Shown here one piece after another: positions 54,431 to 64,000 of a stretch of 64,000 nt of DNA. Both the position numbers and the translations under genes were made by a program. Under the pieces are notes generated by a model that had not been told where the DNA came from, made no database searches, and saw only the letters and a list, made by a program, of their open reading frames with translations. The DNA lies in the NCBI GenBank assembly GCA_028534125.1, contig JAPYYK010000093.1:310001-374000 (forward strand). The letters run 5' to 3'. The first letter of the stretch is position 1. Each line of letters begins with the position of its first letter. This DNA comes from Lama glama. Its lineage: Eukaryota.

Positions 54431-57400
54431 AGTGCTCCTAATATGAACTTGGTCTTGGGGATGGGTAGATGGAGGAGTAATATGGAGGCCACTGAGCCAG
54501 CACCTGCCGTATCATAAGCAGGTGGCAAGGGCCAATGACCAGGACTGGTGGAGGGAAAACTTCTTCAGGCTGTTTCCCCTGCTCTCATCAGGCTATGATG
54601 GCACCTCAGAGATGGCCCTTCTCCTACTCGGTTCAGATCTCTTGCTGACAAGTCTGCAGCCTGTCACAGGGCACGGCACGACGCCCAGCAGGGACTCCAG
54701 CTGTTCATATGGGAGAGTGGCTTTGCATTCTTCCTTTCAGCTCAGGCTGTTTGTGGACTACTGCAGGCCTGCTATCTCCAGTAGAGCCTATCTAGCTATT
54801 AGGGCAGGAGCTGCCCCACAGCCCTGGGGCTCAGACAGAGTAATAATGCTGCAGGAGTTTTTGGCCTGGCCAGTGTGGAGATTGCGCACACAAGGGCTCA
54901 ACTAGGTTTAAAGAAAAAGGGAGTTTTGTGCCCTTTTTCCTGACTGTGTCTCTTGCAAAGGGCCTGGCACACTGTAGGTGCCTGCTAAGTGTGTGTGGAA
55001 AGAATGAGAATTGAGCACAGCCATGAACAGGGGGAAGTAATTCTAGGGCTGCTGCTTGGGGCTTGGTGTAGCTGGAGTTAGTGGGAAGGGCTTGCCTGGG
55101 ATCCTGGCTGGCTGGGTATGGGGTAGAGTCTAATAATGCCTGTGAATGGAGTGTGGGGCTTCCTGGAGAGGCGGTCCTCTGAGTGGCCTTGGAAAATGAG
55201 CAACATTTGCCAGGGTCTGGCACTGGGGACAGAGGGACCAACTCAGCAAGGGCACTGAGGTAGGAGGGCCTGACCTAGGTTCCCAAGACTTTGGGTGGGT
55301 GTTTGCTGGCCTGGGAGAGGAGGGCTCACTTTTCTCAGACCAGCTCTTGGGGTCACAAAGACCTGGGCTCAAATCCCAGCTTCCCTAGTGCATACTGCCT
55401 GAGAAATCCCGCAACAGGGGAAATCCTGGTAAACGATCTGCTCTCCACTTATAACCTGGGATGTGGCACCAGCCTACAGCCACAGGTGTTGTGGGGATGG
55501 TATACCAAAGTGGCAAGGGACCCTCTGCTGACTCCTGCAGAGCTGAGAGTTTGGTGGGGAGGGGTCTTCCTGGCCTGGAGGCTGCCTGGCAGCAGTATAG
55601 AGACCCTGGGGAACACCTGCCCTTGTCCTTAGGCAGCTGCTCACAGAAAGTGGGAGACTGAGTTCTGTAGACATTTGGTGCCAGCTGGAGTGCCACAGTC
55701 CTGGGGACCTTAGGCTCAACCTCTGGGGGCTGAGCTACCTTCCTGGGGGTCTAGGGTTGGGGTTGTGGCAGGGCCCTGGGTACCAAGTGGGCTGGTACCC
55801 AGGCGGGCCTCCAGTCTTCCTATTCTCCCCACAGCCTTCCCCATCCCGCCATCCGGCCATCCTGGCTGGAGCTCATTAGCACTTGAATAGGGGGCGGGGC
55901 AGCTTGAGTCTTTGAGTCTCTTCTTCCCACCCCTCCCCCAGGCTAGGCCTGGCTTTGTCTTCCAGAGCCAGTAGTACAGGGCTGGAGCTCCCACACTAGG
56001 GATTGAGTAGGGGTCTAAGCCATTTCTGACCCCCCTCTGCCAGCATCCTGTGGAGTCCCACTGAACTCAGCCCTGCCCATAACTTATGTCGGTGCAGCCA
56101 GCATAAGTCCCACTTCTAGGATAGTAGTGAAACTGGGTCCTTCAAAGGATACCCATGAATCAGGGTGGTTTTGCAAAGGAACTGACACTGGAGCTCAGCT
56201 GAGGGCATCCCAGGAGGATTGGGGGTGGAGAACCCCAGACAGAGGGCAGAGCAGGTGGTAAGGAGAGGGAATCACTGCCACTGTGGCTGGAGGTGAAAGT
56301 CAAGCCAGCTGAAGAGCTCAGGCTTCCATGCCAGGCCCTGAGGCAGCGTTGAGCCACCCACTGTGCTTGAGTTGGAGCCTAGGCTGCCAGATGGGGACTG
56401 GCTCGATCGGGCCTGAGTAGCCATTCAGGGTTGGCCCTGGGCTGGGCTGAGTTGCAGGGTCACTGGGTGGTATCCTTGCTCCCCTAGGCTTGCAAATGTT
56501 GCCCAAAAAGTGACAGCAGATAGTTCTGGGGGTGGAGCCTGATGGGAGCCCGGTGAGGTCCCTGGGCTGCAGCACTTAGAGCAGCATGGGCGCAGGCAGG
56601 CACACTGGTCCTATACACCCTGTCCTTGGTCTCAGTCCCTGGCTGTGTCTCTCTCGGTCTCTATCTCTAAAAGCCACCCATTCTTTTGGCAGGAACAGGA
56701 TGGAGGAAGCTTTGTCCACATAAACTCTTAGCCTCTGAGGGACCAGGCCCTTGCCCACCCCCTACATCCCCAGCAGAGGATGAGACAGTCTGACCCGGAA
56801 CCTGAGTGCTACCTTTTGGCAGGATGGGGCAGATGGGGGCAGGGCCCGGGGCAGGGCCCAGGCCAGCTTCTGTCTCATCTTCCCAGTATCTCAGGGCAGG
56901 AGTCCCAACCTAAGCGTTCAGTGAGGGGAAGGGGTCAGCAGGTTATGTATGGTCAAACCATAGCTTATGAGCCCTGCCTAAGAATGCCCCTGGGAGGGCA
57001 GAGGACTAGGCCCTTTGTTGGTGGCCCTAGTACCTGATACTCTCAGGCAGTCCCTCCCTCAGCCACAGGTGCAGGGTGGGGCCCCCTCTACACTCAGCCC
57101 CACCCAGCTTCCCTAGCCCGGAGCTCTTGTTCTTACTAAACCCCAACCCACTCCACCCTCACTCCAATGCTGATTCTGGGGCTCTGGTCATCTTGATGAT
57201 TTGGGAAGAATAATAATCTCCCTGGAAAAACCACACATTCTTTAGGGCAGGCTGGGCCGTCAGTGTTGGCCTTCTGAGTACACTTCCAAGGCTTGGCAGT
57301 TAAGTACCCAGCCTGTTTGAGCCAAAACCTAAAGGTGGGATCATGTAAGGCTTGTTGAGAAGGTGTCCTCGTGGCTTGGAGAATTCCGGGTGCCACAGCT

Positions 57401-60400
57401 GCTATAGCTTCAAGTATCCAGAGGGGGTGTTGATGACAACACCTACTGTGCGCCGGGTGGGAGGAGGGGCCGTGAAGTCTGCATGGCAGGGCTGGGCCTC
57501 TCGGGGAAGTGGTGTCCACACCGGAGGAAAAGGAGGAAGCAGCTGAAGGAGGAGGAGCCCAAAAGAGGAAGAGGCCAGAGGGCCGCTTACACTCTGCACT
57601 GGGGTGGGGGGTGTGAGCCAGGTCAACAAGAGGTTTAAGAAGGTGGGCCCCACCTGTCCAGGCTCTTCTGCATCTCCCTGTGGGCCACCCTACTGGCAGT
57701 CACTGGGTTGGAGTCAGTCCAGACAGCTCTGTCCCTTGTCCTTCCCCAGCAACCACTGGGCCCAGGATCTCAGAGAAGGTGGTGCCTCTGAGAAGGATTC
57801 CAGGCTCCTCCTTTGACCACAGGAAGTGGTGGCTGGAAGAGGGACGGCAGCATGGGGTGGAGGGGGGGCGGCTAGCAGGAAAGCAGAGGGCTGCTCCTAT
57901 GTTCCCCAGCGGCCATTGCCCTCCAAAGCCGGAAGGCCGGCTGCAGGCCCAGATGAATGCCCGGAAATGGAGCAGCAGCCCCGGGATTAGCTCACTCTGG
58001 GTTTCCCCTGCCTTGGGGTAGAGAGGGGGCCCTTGATCCAGTGTAAGGATTCCCCCCTGCGACTACCCACTGGGCCTGGGGTGCCTTCACTGGGTCTCAG
58101 TTTCCTCTCTGTTGGTGACAGCAGCCACCTCTGTTTGAGCCCTGATTGTGTGAGGCTGGGACTGACATTACATCTGTTTCATTGATGCAGAAACTGAGGG
58201 TCAGGGACATTACATGACTTACCCAGAAAGTGGAGACAAAACCAAGCACACAACCCATTTAGTGACTCTGAGCACTTGCCCCCAGCTCCTGTAGCCCTCC
58301 AGGAGTCTGTTCCCAACTGGCAAGAATTGGTCAGTCAGGATGATAGGCAGATGCTGTGGGTACGCGTATGTGTTCTGTATAAGCCTGGGGCCCTGACGGG
58401 GAGCCTCAGTTCTTTTAGGGAATTGGAAGGGGGCCATCTACCCTGGAGGATGGGACTCAGGACCCTATGAGTCTTTCCTGCTCAAGGCCAGAAATCTGCT
58501 GTATGTCCATGGGGGACCTCATCCTAATGCAGCTGCCCCCGTTTTTGCTTCCCAAAGTCCCCGCTTCTGGCCCTGGCCCTTCACAGTAATACTTGGGTCA
58601 CAGTGAGGCAGCTTAGCACTTCGCTTTCCCCCCCTGAAATTATGCTCTTGCTTCTCACAGCCCCTAGGCTAAGGCCAGGCCTGAGCAAGGCTCAGAGGCT
58701 GTCAGAGTCCCGCGTGGGAGCCGCTGAGCCTGGTCTGAAGACTGGGAGTTGTCCAGAGGAGGAGAAGGGAAGAGTGTTCCTGCAGAAGGCCACCCTGAGA
58801 GCAAATGCTATGGTGGGCTTGTATGTGGCACCGTGTAGCGACTGATGTGTCCATGGTGTGGGCTGGCCACAGCCTCATAGGTGGTGAGGCTGGCCCTCAT
58901 GCTTCTTAACCTCCAAATCCAAGTTTTGTTGCCTTGCCCTCCTCCACAGAGGTTCCCAGGAGTTCTGCTTTGTGTTGTCAGGCTGGGCCCGAGGGTGCTG
59001 AGGAGCCTAAGAGACGTAGGAGAGCTCGAGCAGAAGCAGCAGAAGCACCAAGGCCCCAGGGGACACAAAGCCAAGACCATGCATCCTCATGGCCAGTCAA
59101 GACCTTGGGTCCCAGAAGGCCCACTCCCCTACCTTCCTCACTGTGTGATCTCAGGCTGCCACTGTCCTCTCACTGTGCTCAGTGCTAGGACCTATGATGT
59201 CATGATTCTCAGCATGGTCCATGGCTTGTGGGCACGTAGACAAACTGGTTTGGGCTGGACCTTGAAGCAGTTTAGGGTGGGTGTGAGGACCCAAGAGAGG
59301 CTGCTCAGGGCAGGCCTGGGGTTTGGCACACTCCTTTGAGGGGTACGTGTCATAGATGGAGACACTGATGCCCAGGCACTGGGCATCTCACCCAGGTTCT
59401 ACCACAATGAATCAGGGAGAGAGGGGTGATTTAGATTCTTTGAAAACACAAAGCAATTCCTTAAATGAAGAAGCATCAGGGAGAGGGGTGTGACCTGGGC
59501 CCTGTCCAGCATCGCCTGGCTCCTGTAGAGGGTGAGACCTGTAGCCTGAGGGGCCAACTGTGAACTGGTCTCAGGGCTTCCTCTCCTTCAGGGTGGCCTA
59601 TCTTACCCAGTGCCTCAGTTTTCCTCTGTACACTGGGCAGGGCCCTACTGAGGGAGATACAGCCTTGCCCTGGAAAGCCCTCTCCATGTCTGGCAGGACC
59701 CGAGGCCTGTTTCCCTTGCACAGAGAGCTCTGACTTGGCCGCAGCAGGCCAGGCCCTGGTTGTTCATGAACCCCTGGGAGCTGCTAGAGGCTGCCCAAGT
59801 GGCAGAGACTGGAGGGAGGAAAGTTCTGGGTTTGTTGGGGCACCTGGGGGAAGGCAAGGCCACACATGTGGGTGGGGGTGTTGCAAGGACCATCTGAGAC
59901 CCATGTCCCTGTCCCTCACAGGGCCAGACCCCGGCTGAGCCTCCTTGAGGGGAGTGAGGGGCCAGAAAGAGCACCTGGAGGAAGGAAGAGACGCCAGGGG
60001 CGGGGCTTGGAGGGCCTTTGTGTGGCGGGGCCCTCTCCCCCTCCCTCCCGTTCCCATTGTTCCCTTGTGTGCGGCGTCTCCGCCGGCGGAGGGCTTCCCA
60101 GGCTCTGGAAGGGGCCATGGGGGAGGCACCTCCCCCAGCTGCCCCTAGCTGAGGCTTTTCAGAAACAAACGCTCTACTGCGCGGCCCAACCCCCACCTCG
60201 TCCTCTGGGTCTCTGGCTGCCGGGCTCCCCCTGGTGGTGGCGGGGCGGGACCCTGAGGCTGCAGGGGAGGGGCCGGAGCCGTGGGGGCCCAGAACCACGG
60301 GCTGGGCTGGAGACGTGGCACCTTCCTGGGATGAGAGTGGGCGGTAGTGCCAGGGCTGCCTCTGGAGTGGGCTTCTCACCCTCGCCCGTGCGCCCCACCA

Positions 60401-63400
60401 GGGTAGGCCGGTGGTGGGGAATAGGGGGCGGTGTTGGCAGTGGGGGGCGGGCCTGTGCTGAGGGTTTGAGCTGGGCTGCTGCCCAAGTCTACCCTGTGGT
60501 CTCAGCCACTGCTGCTTCTGAGAATCTCTGCCCTCAGGCCTGCCACGTCAGCCGCTGCCCTCCCTAGCCCCACGTGTTCCAGAGGAGCCCACCACCACGA
60601 GAGCCTCTCCAGGGAGGCCTGTTACCCAGCCTGCCCAGGCTTCTGGGTGCGGGGAGCCAGTGAGCAGTGTCTGCGGTGAGGCTGCCAGGGCGGGAGGGAG
60701 TACCCAGCTTTGTAGGAGTGCCTGCTTGTGTGGAAGGGAAGTGACGAACTTCGAGCAAAAAGCCAGCAAGAGAGTGAGTGGCTCTGACTCCTGTCCCAGG
60801 TTACACAAGTCCCGCCAGGGAACCACCATTGCTGAGTCAGCCTGTTAGCCACTGGTCATTGCCCTCCGATGTGTTTTGTCTGAAAGCCTCAGAAACTCGC
60901 CTTCAAAATGAGATGGCCACATCAGGCCCCTCTGCAGGCTGCGGTTGCAGTGACCTATGCAGCATGGTTACAGTGGGTTGCAGGAAATGAGAGGTTTGGG
61001 GAAATCTGTCATCTTCCGAAGGGTAGAAAAATAGTGATAACTTTGATCTAAATGCTCACCATGTGCCGGGCACTCACCCCTCTCCTGGGATGAGATAATG
61101 GGGTGTCCTCTTTGTCTCACAGATGAGGTGCCAGAGGATGGGCAGGAAGGGTCTGCAACTCTTGGAGATCTCAGGAAGGATGAGGGTGGGCACCAGGGCT
61201 GCGGCAGGTCTGGAGCGCCCTCTGAGAGAGGATCTGAAAGTGAGAGGTGGACTGGCTGGCCACTCAAGGCCTCATAGCCTCTGTGGAGGGCCTCCCAGCA
61301 GGACAGAGCTTTGTCTGGGAGATAGAGGGTCCACGATAGACAGGCAACAGCCAGACCTGACAATGGGGCTTGGGATCAGCATCAAGCCATTGGACCAGTG
61401 GCCTATCTTTGCTGTAGAGGCCCTGCTGGCCTTGTTCAGGCAGGTGGAGTTCTTTCTCCCTTCCCCCATCTGTTCCCTTCTCAGATGGGGCCCAGCGCTC
61501 CTGGAGTGGAAGCAGATGTTCTAACGCAGAGCAGCCGTTGTCGCCCAGAACATCACGGCAATTACTGCCCTCCCGCAGGGGGCCCAGCAGCTGCGCCCTA
61601 GGGCAAGGCTGCAGAGGTTTCTTCCTTGGTGGGAAGAGGTATGGCCCAGTGGGAACACTGAGGCCACCCAGGGAGCCTCTGTGGGTCCCTCTGCTCTCAC
61701 TTAGCTGGAGAAGGATTCCCTGATGGGCCCTCTGTCGGTAGGAGACTCCTGCCACCTTCTGCTGGCTGAGTTCCCCCAACCAGCAGCTTTGAGGCCATCC
61801 AGAGCCAGCTAGTGAAGCCCCTGCCTCTGAGAGGAAGGCACAGGGCTGGGTGGGGAGAACTGGGTGCCTAGGATCGGCAAGGTGTGAGCAAACCCCAAGC
61901 CAAATACTGGCCTGTCTGCTGGGGGAGCACCATCAGGCCCCGATGGAAAAGGAGCCAGCTGCTCCATAGCTCCTGGGGCACCTAGGTCGTGGGCTGCCCA
62001 AGAACCAGGGTGTCCACCTGAGTGTCATGCTATGGTCCCACCCACCTCTCCCCCTGTCCTCTGTCTACCATAGCTGCTCCTGGGTCGGGCCTCTGTTCTG
62101 TCCTGGTGTCCCCCCAGCTTCCTGCTTGGCTGCCAGCACCACACCCTTGACCTACCACTTATCCTTCCCTCTTGAGTCATGGCTGCTGGAAAGACAAAGG
62201 GACCACCCTGAGTCCACGGTTTGTGTGACCTTGGTCTGTCCACCTGTGAAATGGGGGGTCTCTGCAATGACCTCTGTAGGGGGCAGAAAATGTTCTCTTG
62301 ACTCTTAAAAGGGAGAGGAAGGGAGACTGAGGCTGGAAGGGGACAGGGAAGTGGACCCTCAGCTGCTGGGTAGGGGACAAGTGTCCCAGCTCCAGCCCGG
62401 CTTGCCCAGGTGCCATCTCCCTTAGTCTCTGCTGGGCCTGTCGCTGCAAGGAAAATCAGATGCAAAGCAAGTTTGTGCTGTCGTCCCCATCTCTGGGCAG
62501 GGTCATGGGGTGGCCCAACCACTGACCAAGAGGGCCAGACAGGGAGACTGGTGCGTCAGTGGTCAGTGGTCCCAAAGTCACACAAAAGGGGGCATCCCTT
62601 ACCATCACCTCAGTTCTCCTGTGCCCTAGATAGTGGCCTGTTCTGTCTCGGTTCACCTGACTCAGGATGGTATGATTGAGCTGACCCATCACTTCACATC
62701 CTTGGTCTCCTCTCCCCTCTGGGCCCCCACGCCTGGCTGAGACTTGTGGCTCCTGGGTCTTCCTCTGCTTCAGGATGTGTTCCCTTCCCCCTGTTCTGTG
62801 AAGCAAGTGCCTAGGTGCATAGGACAGCCAGGCAGTTACCTGGCCCTTGTGGTTAGCCAGGCCAGTGCTGTTCTCCTTGCTCTGTGGATATTTTGGGCCC
62901 TGGGGGATGGGCCGCAGTGATCAGGCAGCACCTTCAGGCTTTCCTAGGCCCTCTCCCTGTGTGCGCACTCAGCAGGTGGGGATTGTCAGCGGAGGGTTCC
63001 TAGCTGCTCCCCTGCCATGCAGAGCCCAGTGAAGGGGTTTGGGGGGCTGCTGCCACTTGACCACAGCCCAAACCCAGGGGAATAACTGGGACTGGGGCCT
63101 CTAGTGCCCAGGGGCTGAGCCCATAGAGGGGCTCGCTTTGCCAGCCACCCATCTGTGCCACCCACAATGCTCCACTCTCCTGGAAAGCAGGCTCGGGATA
63201 GTCAGAAGCCCAGTGATTCCAGGCAGCTGGTGGCATTTGTGAGGCAAGGTCAGACCCTTCTCAGGGAGGCCCCTGGGTGGTGGACATATCCTGGGCCAGA
63301 GCCGTGAAGGCCGCAGCTGTGCCCCATTTCTCCTAGTAAACTTGGATCTAGGGTAGGAGGTAGTGCGGATGCAGGAGGGCAGGGGTCTCGGCAGCGTCTG

Positions 63401-63544
63401 CTGCTGCAGAAACTCAGACCTGCATCTGCCTGGGACAGCAGGGAGTGAACCTGGTGGCAAGGGCTGTGTAGCCCAGCTGCAGTACAGGGCACAGGGACAG
63501 CGCTGGGGAAACTGAAGAGGTCTCCCACAGAGGGACTAGAGCCA

Positions 63545-63690
63545 TGTGACAGCAGCCTCTCTGTTTCCTCATTTGTGAGATGGGGATGAGACTAGGACTG
63601 ATTCCTGGGGACTTGCTGTGAGACTGGCTTCCGTAGTGGACATGATGGGCTTAGAAAAACATCAGACAGTTAAGGCACTATTCAAGGCTT
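63545..63690 (+). mobile_element. MIR core fragment
   Basis: gcctctctgtttcctcatttgtgagatggggatga. Confidence 0.6.
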
Positions 63691-64000
63691 GGCCGTGGTC
63701 ATCATTGCTGCTCATGGCAGTTTCTGTGTTTGCCCTTCAAGCTCTGAGGTTGTCTTGACCAGCCCTGAGGGATGTGGGGGCCAGAGTCCCCAAGTCTGAC
63801 TTCTCCACAGACCCCACCACCCACCCGACTCAGAGGGACAGACCTGCCACAGTGATCAGGAGGGTTGGGACCCATGTAAATGGGACAAGGCACAGATATA
63901 CCCAGCACAGAACTACATGGGCAAAGACCCAGAGTTGCTGAGAGGCAGTGCCTGGCAGGTACCGGTGTGACTGGCAGTGATTGGGGCAGAGCAGAGGGAA

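Noticed and set aside
59645-60567. Overlapping 244-aa (-) and 233-aa (+) ORFs in GNAI2 intron 1
   Set aside because: Stop-poor GC/CpG-rich sequence with G/P/R/A-biased translation and no family resemblance.

Overview
GC-rich placental-mammal genomic DNA, orthologous to human 3p21.31, with four + strand genes in the conserved order. (1) SEMA3F, 5'-truncated: 17 coding exons at 4238-13858 (human-equivalent exons 3-19), including the 93-nt cassette exon; poly(A) signal at 14744. (2) GNAT1 (rod transducin alpha), complete: 8 coding exons at 17174-20401, 350 aa, plus a 3'UTR intron and terminal non-coding exon. (3) SLC38A3/SNAT3, complete: CpG-island non-coding first exon near 27.4-27.5 kb, 15 coding exons at 34143-39628, 504 aa. 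(4) GNAI2, 5' end only: distal CpG promoter near 44.7-45.0 kb, main promoter, coding exon 1 at 51246-51363, then intron 1 to the window end. All coding exon boundaries were read as GT-AG with consistent phases. Repeats are ancient MIR, L2, hAT (MER63, MER96B-like) and MLT1 relics plus two tRNA-derived SINEs resembling the camelid family, suggesting camel, alpaca or llama; repeat names are from recall, not from a search. There are three short N gaps. Most six-frame ORFs are GC-content noise, and I found no new protein-coding system. The best candidates for undescribed biology are non-coding: a cryptic ~30-bp-period decayed tandem array with palindromes in the last SEMA3F intron; convergent CTCF sites (GNAT1 intron 1 versus a duplicated pair at 44.4 kb) that would fence SLC38A3, plus an ARE/FOXA/HNF4 cluster in the GNAT1 3'UTR, off from the rod NRL/CRX promoter; a FOX:ETS endothelial-type cluster in SEMA3F intron 2; and a candidate intronic GNAI2 first exon encoding only Met-Arg. 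Motif calls are by eye and need computational or experimental confirmation.
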